64,000 nucleotides of DNA from the NCBI GenBank assembly GCA_977030845.1, contig OZ365112.1:25048001-25112000 (forward strand), given 5' to 3'. Source of the DNA: Fimbriosthenelais zetlandica (Eukaryota). The notes below the pieces were generated by a model. It made no database searches and was not told the DNA's origin. It worked only from the letters and a program-made list of their open reading frames with translations. The position numbers and the translations under genes are program-made. Each line of letters begins with the position of its first letter. The stretch's first letter is position 1. Of this stretch, positions 51,531 through 64,000 are shown piece after piece.

Positions 51531-54500
51531 CAGTGTCACTTGAGGTGTATGTTTTGTTGTCGCTATATGCCTTGCCTGTGACACACAGAACGCAATAAAA
51601 AAACTCCCAAACTTTCCCTTTTCTTTCCCCTTGGCATATCGTCCCGTACACAGACAATGAACTGAGATATGATATTTAATTTTGTCTTGGGAGTCTTGGG
51701 AGAATGCCAGTAGGTCGTATCTGCCGTTGGTCCGTCTTCACAGACTTCAATCATACCCATATAGAATCTATGATGAGACACATTTGGGGGAAGGATAGAG
51801 TTTCTTATCAGGGCTCGCTTTCCCCTTCTGATGTGGGCTTTTTTCATGATAAAGGCAGGTCTATCATCAGATAGAAAGATTTCCTTTTCAATTGAGCTGC
51901 ACTCAGTGGAGATATATGCCCTTATGTTATGTCACATTGCCATCTGGCGTGCAGAGACAAAGCCTGGCCAATAGTAGGGTGGAATGCACCCGGAGTACCC
52001 TGCCTTTCCCTGTCACGCTATACCTATCCCTCTTTTCTGACCAGATCTCGTCAAAATACCATTGGCAATATGGCCGATGGCAATTACCTACTTATCAAAG
52101 TGGTCAGTCCTACATGAGATGGGGGATTACCAATGAAATGAGCTTGGCTTATTTCATTATCCAACCTTACAGCCGCTGTCCACCCATGCACCCTTCTTCA
52201 CCACCAGTCACCGCCTAATAATTGATGACACAACCCGGGCGTTTTTACCACCGCCAATCCCCATCTTAAGCCTCCCTAATTTGGGCCTTGCCTTCAGACA
52301 ATTCCAACTCATCTTCCCCTTGATATGTGGATGAAAGAAAGACAAAATGACTTTATTTGAAAGGAAGCCCAACTGCTCCAAACTTCTTAGTAATTGCTTC
52401 TTTCCTCATTCCCGAGCGACTCCAAATCAACTTGAATTCGAAGAAATGATGACCAACCTAAAAGCGTAGATATCTTGATTGACTTCTTAAATTTGGTCCA
52501 AAATGAGATCCTGTAGGCTACAATTATGTGTCTCACACCTACTGATAATTAAATTTATTTAAAAGCTCTGCATGTAAATGCTACAACTGTTTTTAAAGAA
52601 AATCTATGGGATTGATAATGTATGTTGAAACATTTTGGTGCCCGTGTGCATTGGTGAGTTCTTAAGAATAAAAGACAACGAGAAACATAATCATTTATTC
52701 ACAGAATAACATTGTTTCTTTCCCTGTTGATTTACTCCTGTCATGTGCCACCTTGTAGATATACTTATCGCCATTGTCTCATTCAATAAGAAGCGTTAAT
52801 GGCAGTTTCCCCATGCTTCATTTCCCTTTGGGTATACATTAGCACTCCCATCGACCCACACAACCATTCTATTTCCTAGCTTGCTTCTGGTATATAGAGC
52901 ATGGAAACGACTAGGGATTCCTTAAAGATTCCCCCCTCCCTTCCAATGTGTTCATGAGGAAAAATCACACACATTGCAAATTGCTTCTGGCAAAGAGAAA
53001 GAACTGTTTACATATCAATAAAACATCAAAGGATGATGTCAGACGATTCTAGTGCAAGTGGATGGACTAATGACTGATATGGGTACATGTGCTGTTCCTT
53101 ATCAGTCAGCTCTGTACACAGTAAAATGCTTATGTAAACATATCCACAGAGGCATATGTTACCAGATATCCCATTAGCAGTACTGTTACAGTAGTCGGGT
53201 GGAGAAGTGGGAAAAGTTGCCCAACATATAATAAAGGCATTATAGTTTGTTTTCTCACTGGATTATTAATATACATGTATGAGTCTTAAACTTTTATTTC
53301 CAGCTGGGTACTGGCGCATTGCCACCCTGTAGAATTTTGAGAAATCCAAGATAATCCAAATATGGCCTCTTAAACAAATGCCTATAAGTCTCCTTTCATC
53401 CAAATCTTTTGTGAATTTATATCAACATTGTAAAGATGAAGGTTAAAAGTTTAATTTTCCTAATTTGGCTAATTTGGTAGTATACTACATGCAGTGTTGG
53501 CATTTTTGGTCAAAAAGACCAGACATGAGTGTATAGGCTAACTAATGATGGGCATTATCAATGTAAGCTACACAAGTATTACACTGAAAGTACTTTGTTA
53601 TCACTCCAATATTCTGCCTGCTTTTGCCACAAAGCATGAGGTATGGATAGCATGCCTGTCTTATTTGTTTGGGGGAGATGATTCAATGGGGAATAGCGTG
53701 ACATGGCTTCTTGATGCTTTGACATGCACATTTTACTGTCATGCCTGGGAGAATAACCTTGTAACAGCCATGTCAACATCAAGGGTATTCAAAAAAATTC
53801 AGCACAAAAAAGGGGGTCAAGGATCAATGAAATTTAATCATTCACCAGAGAATCAATTGATTGGATATGTACAGTACCTGGATTAACCATACAAGGTAGT
53901 GACAGAAAACGAGATTGCGTTGAAAACATTGAAGTCAGTATCAGTAAGCAAAGATTATGTCCGTATTTTTAAGTAATTTCAAATGTCCTCTCTCCAACCA
54001 TGTATGTAGTCTTTGGTCAGAAACCTATCAATTTGGTTCTAACGTTGGGCCAGCTCTAGATTTGCCCATAGGATGTAATAAATCTTGCCTTGATTCCTCC
54101 CTTTTTGCTCGGCTGCCTATGCCAACCCTCTCAGATCCCCTTCTAGTATCCCATGTTTCTTGGGAGCGACTTCAACAAGAGACCTCTTTTATTTTCTTGT
54201 CCCTGAGTTACATCCTTACAAAGATGAATTGTTCAATGGGATCCTATTTCTGGAAGTGTTGCCCTCATGTGTGTTGTGGCATAATAGGTCTTTCGCTGTG
54301 CAGTCTCTGGGAAGCTATATTGCTTTCTATCTTGTAATATGAGACAGAAGGATTATAAGACAACACAATATACCTATATCGAGAAGGATTTGGATTTGGC
54401 ATAATACTGTTTTCAGAGCTTTGTGGAGGCTCTCTTCCCCCTCAAATATACGCTATTTTGTGACGCTTGATCAAAGCCTTTCTTTAATAGCAATACATGT

Positions 54501-55547
54501 TCGCACTGCATTATGTTACTGTTACAGTTAGTCTTAATTTAGAACTGTGGAACCCTGGACTAGTCAGATATATAGTGTATATATGGGGTAATAAGACATT
54601 ATGACTGTTGTTCATTCAACTTATCATTGATAATTGATCCAATTTGTAGTAGGACCCCACTACATTGTGACCAGCATATCAGCACATTGTGACTTGTCAC
54701 AATTCATCTACCTGGAGATCTGATGCACTTAACTCTGCAGGGTAAAGACCAGGATAACCAAGAATCTATGCCTTTCTGAAGGACCATAGAAAATGTTAGA
54801 CTTGTGTCAGTGAGAGTTGTACTTTCTAAATGTTCTTTCTCAATGACTCCTTACACCAAAAACATTATATTAGACATCCATTTAATGTAAGATTTATTCA
54901 CATTCTTCATGATCCAAATAATATATTTTGAAGACATCCTTTGATTGCCCCCAATACCAGATCGAGAGGAATATAATTATCTACTGTTCATTTATAAAGT
55001 TATCCAGTTCGCTAAGTTGCTATCAGCATCTTTGCCAGGATGTGTCCTTCCATACTCGTCCATTCTTGTAGTAACTGTATCATTGTACATTTGTTAGCAT
55101 GGAGGACTCCCATAGCCACTTCAGCTATGACCATAAACTGGTGTTATTGCTCTTGCTTCGCTTCAGCTGCTTCGACCCCAAATGCATTGATTTCCATATA
55201 CAACCTACCTCTCTACCTGATATATGTAACCTACTCATGTGGCCAATAACCGAGTCACAATTTCCTCCATCTGACCCTGCAGGGGCGCTCCTAAATTCAT
55301 ACTAATGATGAGCAGACCTATTACTGGGCCAATACCTTCGTATTTACAACGGCAATATCACCTTTTACCGTAATTTCATCATATTATATTGTGTAAAATG
55401 GTGGTAGGTACTGGGGAATCTAAACTAGGATTGAATTCTATTCCACTGTGGAGAATGGGAGTCCCTCAGTCTTAGATGTCTACATTCGAGCCTGGCTCAA
55501 CGATAAGCTTAGACTATACTTTACACAGAAGCTTGGATTGAACTTAC

Positions 55548-55610
55548 CCGCTGCCGGATTTCGTTGTCGTGTTGCCATAGTAACTGGACCGATTGCTTGT
55601 CATGGCAACC
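55548..55610 (-). promoter_or_regulatory. Paired RFX X-boxes over a candidate minus-strand first exon
   Basis: Canonical X-box GTTGCCATAGTAAC at 55571-55584 and a second, CTTGTCATGGCAAC, at 55596-55609. Donor CGG|GTAAGT follows 55548. Minus ATG at 55578 gives MATRQRNPAA-G. Confidence 0.6.
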
Positions 55611-57070
55611 AGAGAAGGTCTGGCGTGAGCAGCTCATAGTGGTGCAAACACATCAGTTGAGGATTTGTTGGACGTAATGTCAGATACGGGAGGTTTTACC
55701 ATTTAAAACCGACTTATTGCAATGACTCCTCACATGATCTTGGACATGCAGTGACTTCTCAGTAGGATTTGCGATAAAAGTTTGAAGAACAAATTGAACT
55801 TTTTACTTTCTTACTAGGTCTTAGGGAAGTAATAGCCGAAGAATGATTAAGCATTCTCTATACAACATATCTCTGGATTCGTAATGTATGTGTAACCTTC
55901 TTCTTTAAGAAGAAATCAATATCCAAATTCATGATTCATGGAACTGAAATATTGATATATTAAACAACCTGGAAATGAAACTTAGTTTGTTGTTACGCCC
56001 CTTAGTCTTAGTGTCATGTGCCCAGGCGGAAACAGCTTGTTATTGCCTGTGAAAACCACTACTTGCATGCAAAGTGATTTTGTATGTTTCCATTTGGCAT
56101 TAGGTACAGCATTGAAACAATAGCTTTCCTTGTAGGTAAGTCGAGACATGATCACTTTTTGCACAGGTGTTCGTGTTAAAGAATGATTAGGCCTGTCATC
56201 ATATATCCCTACATGGTCTTGTTCGTGGTTTTATAGCTGTGTGTCAGCTGAGAGGTGTCACCTCTTTGCGTGTATATTAAAAGTGGTTAACATTGATTAG
56301 TGAATTGTTCGGATGCTGTAAAGAAATGGCCAACTCCGATTGTACCTGATGACTCTTCATGATTCAGAAACCTGGATTCTTTCCTGGATTTCCTGTTCCT
56401 GACAATCATGCAATAGTTTCCTGTTACACCTTAAATGTCAGCTGTCGGGTACTTAGAGATTTAGGGTTAACTTGGGTCTTAAGGTTACTGAAGTTTCATC
56501 GTTTCATGCCATCATCTTGATGGCCTCAAAGCAGCAGGGCTCATCAATGACCTGCCATCCCGTGTCAGCCTGAAATGGCCAGACTTAGTTCTCTAACGAG
56601 CCCTGTGCCTCTGGAAATAAATGGGATTGGCTATCCATAAAGATTATCAAAAACTCCCCGGCAATATCTGTGAGAAATGCCCTGCCCTTTAAGGGAGAAA
56701 ATCAGAATGGTGAGGATTGGAAATGAAAGAGCTGATGGTAGTTCCCAAGAGGGACAGAACGTGTCAGGAAGTCTTTGACAGTTGGCATGCCACCCCTCCA
56801 CCCCTGTCAGTCAGTGAGGGGCTTAAAGCTCACCCACATCTACTCCAAATGGCGACCAATGATGCCACTTAGCGAAGCGTCACGGTCACCCCAGTCAAGA
56901 TGAAGATCTTGCCTTTCGTGTACATGAGCATAAAGCTTCAATGAAAGTCCAAACACACCAAAGGAAGCCCAACTTCAAACACAGTTGGCTTTGAATATTG
57001 AATTTAGCACCTAGCCTTGTGCAAAAGCTTCCCTGGAGAGGGTGCTGCCGCTGTGCTTATTTCTTTGCAG

Positions 57071-57210
57071 TTGTCAAAGACATGAGGGGCCCCCTGCTGT
57101 GGCCTCGCGGATGGCCGCAGACATCATTGCCAACATTTTGCTTTCTGGCTCTTATGCTTGCCGTTTCTCGGCCGAATCTCACGTTCCACTGGCCACATCC
57201 TCCCAAGAAG
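57071..57210 (+). CDS. Candidate 140-nt internal exon, gene unknown
   Basis: Acceptor CTTATTTCTTTGCAG, donor AAG|GTGTGA, clearly more GC-rich than flanks. Two frames are open (CQRHEGPPAVASRMAADIIANILLSGSYACRF... or VKDMRGPLLWPRGWP...). Confidence 0.4.
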
Positions 57211-59415
57211 GTGTGAAAAGCTAGGCTTCCTCATGATTAATAGATTGATTAATTTACACTTCAAAGGCACAGTCTAGGAGCTCAACATAGCCATGTGTAG
57301 GGTGTTGATTGGTGGCTGTTGGTGCATCGTAAGATAATAGAAATGTACAGATGAAGTCAATAGTTTTGTATGCAAGAGACAAGCAACTACTTTTTTTACT
57401 GCAGTGCAACATGTTGCTTATATATTAATGTGTGAGGAAGAAAAAAAGAATTTGGCAGAGTCTTAGAGCAGCTTTTTAGTACATCTTGCTAGAACACTCT
57501 ATTCCAATAAATACCACTGAAGGTAATGGTAGGACAATTCAGGGTATCGGATATACCGTGTATTTAAACTTCCCACGTTCCAAATAAATGTATCGTCAAC
57601 AAGTAAAACAGGCTACATGTCAGGATATCCAGAACATGGCCAGGTACTGGTGGTGAATTATCGATTATTTTTCGCGAAGAAAAAAACATGCCTCTTCATG
57701 CCAAATTTCAAACCATCCTTTTGTGTTGGTCAAGAAGCACCCGAGTGCTAGATGATTGATTTAATTGCATTAATTACACGCATTTCTTTTTGAGTGAAGT
57801 TGTAATCACACCTTGCTGTAATTAAGTTTGATAAAACCTCTTCTTTCACTCATCTGGCTTGGTTTGTGATGTGTTCTGCCATTACAAAGCAATGCTCAGG
57901 CTCTGGTCCCTAATATAGATACCATATTATCTACAGGGTGGTATATCTTCCCTAATATAACACCTGAACACTCCAAAACTGGTTTCGGTAACCCATGTGC
58001 AGCAAAAAAAACGCTATAGCTCTTTCTTCATTTGATTAACATTGCATGGGACGAAGTTGAAAGCGGCCTTTTGGTTATGGCAGTCTAACAGCAAGAGGTC
58101 CACACAGCAGTCTTCTGTGGGAGAGTTGCAGGTGCTCACATAGTCCTGTGATAGACGACTTACCATGCGGACACTTCCAGTTGACCCTTAAGTAAAGCCT
58201 CCCACCCAGGAGCCCTTAAGCTATACTGTCTACAGGGATGGCTATGAATGGCTCAGCGTTATTCCCACAGGCTATTGTTCATGCTTGTATAATCAGATAT
58301 ACAATATGAGTTGAGAGACAATTCTGTCAGCCAGTTTGGGGGTGTGTCATGTCTGCCTATATTGAAATGTATACTGTATGTATGTCACAACCTAACAGTC
58401 CTTCTAGACGGCCTCTTCTCTATGCATTCTATGAATCATACATAATTATGTTTCTAGCTGTCAGTGTTTTTTTGATTTCTAATTCGAGCCAGAATAGAAA
58501 GCCCTGGAGAACATATCCAATCCGCCACACCTGCTAGGATAAATCTTGAGGACACCGTTCCGAAAGAGATTCAACAAAATTTAACCATATGCAATAATGT
58601 TACTCTTACGTCAACAATGCATGCTACTAAACATTAATACACAATGCCAGTCCAGATATTCAGGTTAGATATTAAGTTGGCTTAGTCATTATTGGTAGCG
58701 TGTCGGAAAACTCATGAAACTTTATAATAGGGGCCTTGTAAACCATACATATATAGTGAGTATTGATAATAATAGCAATATGGTATGACTGAGATGCATT
58801 GCTTTGCATTATTATCGGCTGCAGGATGATCATTAATGATATCGATAATTATACCGATCTGCCGTTTTTATGCATGGCTTAATGATTATAGCACTCAGGA
58901 TTATTGCTCACTACTAGACATGAGGCTGCTATTACCACTATCCATCAATTTACAGACTATTATATATCCATAAAGCTACCCTATAGCTGCAGTGCTATTC
59001 TAGATAGCACTATTAATATGACAAAGAGTAATGATAGTCCACCTATAGGCTTGATGATGAGGAAGACTCACTCCATCGGTATAATAGATAATGGGGAAAC
59101 TTTGCTGCATTATTTCAGTTGCTTCCAACATTGAGGTTATGTCAATTCAATGTCATTATACAATGTTACTGATATATGGCTTTTGTAATGTATTTAGGTG
59201 CTGGGTAGCATGAGTAAAGGGTCGTAATTATCCCTCAACTATGGTCGTTAATGACCTTAGGAATTTGCAGGTCATTCCCCTGTAGATGCCTGTACACTAG
59301 TGATGCTATGTGGTTAGGCCTGGAACACTGGACCACCCCCACTGACCCCAACCCCAGACACCTTGACCCTCCAAAAGGAAACATTTCCATATAACGCTGT
59401 CAAGGCCTATGCTGT

Positions 59416-59451
59416 TGACCTTGAAGATGACCTTGGCTGACCCCATGACCC
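59416..59451 (-). promoter_or_regulatory. Array of four RGGTCA nuclear-receptor half-sites (spacers 2, 4, 6)
   Basis: TGACCT 59416, TGACCT 59428, TGACCC 59438, TGACCC 59446. Two more TGACCC lie between about 59343 and 59370. Confidence 0.4.
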
Positions 59452-60056
59452 TGAGGCGCATGCCCCTTACGATCCATTTCCCAAGGAACCATTTCAGTGC
59501 GGTCCAATCCCATTTGGCGGAGCGCTTGGATGGGACCCTGCGGGCTGGGGGTCAGTATTGAACAAAGGCTGCCCACATTATTGGGTTTTCTGCCTGTCTT
59601 ATCCAAACACTACATTTGTTACAAATGCTTGGCATCTATTCAGACTTTTTTCTCTGAAAGGCATTTTCTTACTTGGCACCCGTCGAAGTTTCCACCGATT
59701 GAATGAGTGGACGAAGTCGTATAGGCCTACCTTGTGGAAGTGTTGGGGATTTTGAAAAAAATACATATATAGACAGGTTCATAATTGTATTTCCGGTCTT
59801 TTTTTAAATGATGCTTTGAAATAATGGCTTGACAGGTTTGGAATATTTTTCCAAGATAATTCACTTCATAATGTAGAGCTTATTTTAATTGTATTCACAA
59901 CGAAGCCAGTTACTATATCCTTTTCGGTTCTTCCCATTTACAAATGGGTGAGAGTATATTTGATCTGATTCCGTTTGTATGAGGAAGAAAGCCTGAGTTC
60001 GTGACACGAGGGTCCCTTCTTAATTGGATTCAATTTGAGGGTATCATCCATGTTTG

Positions 60057-60130
60057 GTCACGTGATTACATTAGGATCCTCATTTGCCATGGTAACGGAA
60101 GACACCCGGAGCGGGGACGAAAAGTCTGGC
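60057..60130 (+). promoter_or_regulatory. E-box plus X-box-like promoter islet
   Basis: GTCACGTGAT at 60057-60066 and TTGCCATGGTAAC at 60084-60096, followed by CpG-rich sequence. Confidence 0.4.
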
Positions 60131-60246
60131 AACAGGAAAGGTTTGCGTGCCTTGCACGTGTCCTAGCAAATCCTGGCTGGATAACGTCTAGCCACCCGGG
60201 AGCAGGGGATTTGTAAGGGTCATTATTCCAGTGGACACCAAGTAAA

Positions 60247-60288
60247 TACGTCATCAGCTTCTGTTAATACATCATCAGTTTCTGTTGT
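60247..60288. repeat. 21-bp tandem duplication
   Basis: TACGTCATCAGCTTCTGTTAA followed by TACATCATCAGTTTCTGTTGT. Confidence 0.75.
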
Positions 60289-63200
60289 CTGATGCACTGA
60301 AGTTAACGCTTACTCCTGGAAACCGAAAGGTGGAGTAGTGGTAGTCCCGCAGAAAAAGAAGACTGACTGCACAGAACGCTCTCAATGCTCCAGATTGTCG
60401 CCTGCTTTGTTGGGGTCTGTCAGGAAGCTGATTTCAATCATGATCAAATCATTTAAATCAAATATTGTCCCGAGAATAAAGCCTTCTCCTCTGTCACTTG
60501 GACTGGATTTCGATGAGCGCTCTTTGTTATCTAAACGAATCGTTTGCATGATGTAGTTGTGTTGTTAGGCATCTTTGTAATTTCTTCTCAGTTTCAAAAA
60601 CCATCAGGCCATTGTACAGTCCATGTTGAAAAACAGTCTGTCTGCTGCTAAACAGATTGAAATTCAAAGGCAACTGCAGTGCAGTCCCTTATGTGCTTGT
60701 TCTCTCAAAATCAATTCTTGGAAATAAAACGGCTTCTCCTCGTGATCTTGGATTTCATTTTTGGAGGAATGTCATTTTTATCAAGATTTGAGTTTATTTA
60801 GTAATAGCGTGTCTCTACTAATGAAGGTGGTTATCCCTCCTTGCTCAGCAGTGAGCAATAGAATACATGTTAGTGTTGTTTTGAGAAAAATAATTATTTC
60901 TTGGTATGTCCTTTGACATACCAGAATGCCAGCTTCGGGAATTACCATTGTACCAATATTGATGCTCCCAGCTCCTCATTGATGTAGTGCGTTCTGCTTC
61001 ACTGATCCTGACGTCAATTATTCAAATCAAACATCAATATGATAAATGCCCCCCGCAGTGTTTAAGGATCAGCAGGTACATGGAACATGTCAGAACTCAG
61101 CGGGACCCTTCAAATGCACCTTTTACCAATAATTTCCATTAAGGCTTCATATAGATTTACATAATAGTCGGCAGTGCCAACCACAAATATCTCTACACAC
61201 TGGGGGCTATTTTATGGTTGTGACTTTACGAGCATATAACTGTCGGTTTAGACTCGTTGGTTGAACAAAGGTCATGGATGTCTCTTATTTACGTTCTTGA
61301 CTTGCTGAACGTTACTACTTTCCTAGTTCCATATAACTGCAGAAGGTCCTGCTCATGATATTTTCACTAATAGGCAATTTATATAAGAGACAAAAATCTG
61401 CTCTGGCCCCATCAAGATCAATGGTACACACATAATATGTATGACATAACCTATCATTGCAAAATTCTGTCTGAAAGGTTTTCGAGGACTTTTCTTTTGA
61501 TGCAAGCAAACTCAATCATAATGAATGACTTTCCAACCCCACAAAAAAGAAGGCAGTCTGGGCTACACCCTCTGTCCTCAGGTGGTGGGCCAGGGTTATA
61601 AATATTTCATCATATTTCACACCTTTATGACGGCAAATCAATCCATTCCTACTTAGCCATGCAGGGTTTGCTCCAAAGCCATTCCCCCTTAACCCGGAGT
61701 ACTTTGCCTTTTCATACATTAGTGCCTCTGCTCCGATCATTAATGTCTGTGAGTTATTTGTGAGCTACACAGTTGTGCATGATGCCTTTAGTGAAAATGT
61801 CCCCTTTGATACCTCAAAAGTCAAAGATGTCACTATGAGTGGATAAAATGCACAGTGTTCTTTGATTGAATGGATTGTAACTTATTATTGGTATGAATTG
61901 CCTCCACATTTGCAATTGGTACATGTGCCTCTTTTACCATGTCGTTGACCTTTTCTGCTGTCCACCACTGTGTAAAAAGTTGCCGGTCATTCATGGTTAC
62001 GTCTGTAAGGGATACATCAGATGGTTGGTAGCCTTTAGGTGACTGTTACACGTACAGCTTGCTTCAGACAGTGGTGAACTTTAGCACCAGGCTATAAGCG
62101 TTAACAAATCTCCATGCCGAAAAAATGTTCCAAATCCCTAGCCAAAATCTGCTAGAAATGTATCAAAATGACTGCATGTCTTTTTATGTAATGGCGTTAG
62201 CTCATTATTATAGATATGTATTCTAGTACAATATCCTTTGTATTTGACGTGTCGTTTTAAGCCGCGATATTACACTCCTGATACGGGCATTTCCTCAAGT
62301 CTATCAGGTGCGTCTTACATTTATCAATGCATGACATGGACTGCAACATATGACATCCATCATAGCTGTCTATTCTGCAAGCATTCATGAATAAGAACCC
62401 TTGCTTTCTCGTCATCTTACCCTCTCATCTTCATTACACATTGCCTACCCTAACATCGAGATTCTATAGACATGATTTCCTCTATATCAGTCACAAATGG
62501 CTTTTCTTTGTATGCCTCCGTACCTGACAAGCAAGAACTGTCTGGATGAATGGTTGTCTGAGACTCACTCCGCCATTACATGCTTCAACTTGAGATCACT
62601 CGCCCAGCCCTCCAGCTGGTCACTGCTCCATGCCAGGTCCATGACACGACTCTGGTTTTAGTGCTACTTCCTTTCGGCGTGTCAAAGCCACTGGCCTTTT
62701 TATATTCCCACTTAATTATCTGATTCTACAACTACAGGAACTATCCCTTATTGTCGTCAGTTGGTGCAATGAAATGGGGTTGTTGATACATGGTTTTACC
62801 ACCAGGTGGCTGTTTACAGTCCTCAGGGCACCTCCAGTAATTAGCTTTGTCTGTCCGAAGGGACGATTCAAGTGAGATATATTTTCATCATTGTGGTAAT
62901 GAACATTTTTTGCTCTCCACTCCGTGACCTGGGTTTAGCAATTCGCTTTTGTGAATTGCATGCGCAAAGGATATTATGTGTATCTCAACACTGGAAAATA
63001 ATTATATGTCATAGATTTACAGAGAAACATGCAAAATCAAGCAATGTCTATATAGAAGATGTTGTCCTGCAAGCGAATGTTGTGAAGTTTCTATTGTGCA
63101 TTCATTTTTTGGCCAAAGCCATTTCATCTGTCTAAAGACAATAATGGAATGTAATTTTGCCTACGGGTGGAAATCGTTCTGCGGAATGGAGAAATCAAAT

Positions 63201-63504
63201 CATGTAAACTTAGATCTGATATGAAAATGGACATTGACGTTTCTAAGGAAGAACCTGATCTGTTTGCAATGGGACCCCCTGCTTATTCATCGCTGTACAT
63301 AGAGTCTATAATATAATATTGTAAGCATTATTGAAAAAGCATCACAATATATAACTTATCCATTTAAGGTTTGGTATAGGTGATGCTACTCCAATTGATT
63401 CCCTCTGATTGTGTTCTTTGCTTGGGGGCTCTCACAGTCTGTTACTTGATAAACCCAGAAGTGTGGGAACATAGAAAAGCAATTACTCGCTGGGGATAAT
63501 TGAA

Positions 63505-63545
63505 ACCGGTGACGTCTGACGTGCGGGAAACGTCTGGGCGGGAAG
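63505..63545 (+). promoter_or_regulatory. Tandem CRE-like sites plus GC box
   Basis: TGACGTCT at 63510, TGACGTGC at 63517, GGGCGGGA at 63536, in a CpG-dense patch. Confidence 0.35.
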
Positions 63546-64000
63546 CAATCAGAACATTGCTGATTCTGTCTCAACTTTCAGGCCATGAGAGGCTTGCACA
63601 GGGGAGTGGGGAAAGAAGAGGACTGCCTATGTATGTTTATCTTTTTGTGTCCGTCGGTAAAAAAAAGGACTCGGTGGATGATCGGAAATAATGTGAACAC
63701 AAAATGCAAACTGCGGTTTGAAGTTTCTTGAGTGCGTTTCTTACAAAACTATTATCATTATGTGAGTTTGCATCAGGCTTTGGATGCTTATCCAAAGATG
63801 GACTGATAATATATTTTGAGCCTGCCTTTGAGACACTGACTCTCGTCGTAACATAAGGACATGGTTTAATAAGTAAATGCCAACAGGGATCTCAGAATTA
63901 AATGATATTCTGTCCAGTAGCAGCAAGAAATCCCTTTGTTCATAAAACCTAGACTGGTGTCCCCCAAATAGACATTTCCAAGTAACCATAGGTAGCTAGC

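Noticed and set aside
53957-54337. 126-aa plus-strand ORF; minus strand has a weak L1-like W...RV...KKGG motif
   Set aside because: No domain on the plus strand, and the minus motif needs a frameshift and is too short to support a call.
12710-61700. TTAACCC / GGGTTAA and TTAAAGG / CCTTTAA words suggesting piggyBac or Kolobok ends
   Set aside because: No correctly oriented pair with extended TIR identity at a plausible distance.
1-64000. Prokaryotic or phage systems (CRISPR, operons, defence islands)
   Set aside because: Coding density is near zero, there are no long ORFs or repeat-spacer arrays, and spliceosomal signals are present.

Overview
This looks like AT-rich (about 40% GC by eye) eukaryotic DNA that is mostly non-coding. 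No ORF exceeds 155 aa. I found no rRNA, tRNA, CRISPR array, operon or intact transposon. The word TAGGCCTA occurs at least five times (near 30.8, 43.5, 45.3, 49.2 and 59.7 kb), and CpG is only moderately depleted. That suggests an invertebrate deuterostome such as an echinoderm, hemichordate or amphioxus, but this is a weak inference. The best gene call is a first coding exon at 42247-42424 (+). It has a CCAAT/ETS promoter, a CACCATGG Kozak context, a signal peptide and the ending ...NEFVWKT-G at a phase-1 donor, which matches my recollection of the N-terminus and first intron of THSD7A/THSD7B. I found no matching exon 2 in the remaining 21.5 kb. Directly visible structures are a 279-bp diverged tandem duplication (7.4-8.0 kb), a 144-bp MITE-like element with 12-bp TIRs (19.0 kb), a dispersed repeat pair (45.0/48.8 kb), paired RFX X-boxes at a minus-strand first exon (55.6 kb), a nuclear-receptor half-site ladder (59.4 kb), about a dozen CpG-richer promoter-like islets and several orphan splice-bounded exons. 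There are also many short, broken protein-motif remnants (LINE endonuclease/RT, C2H2, Ig, SAM, PDZ, TIR, death-fold). These are low confidence: they could be decayed elements, pattern-matching noise or a sign of non-natural sequence. I cannot support a new multi-gene biological system here. All protein similarities are from memory and need database checks.
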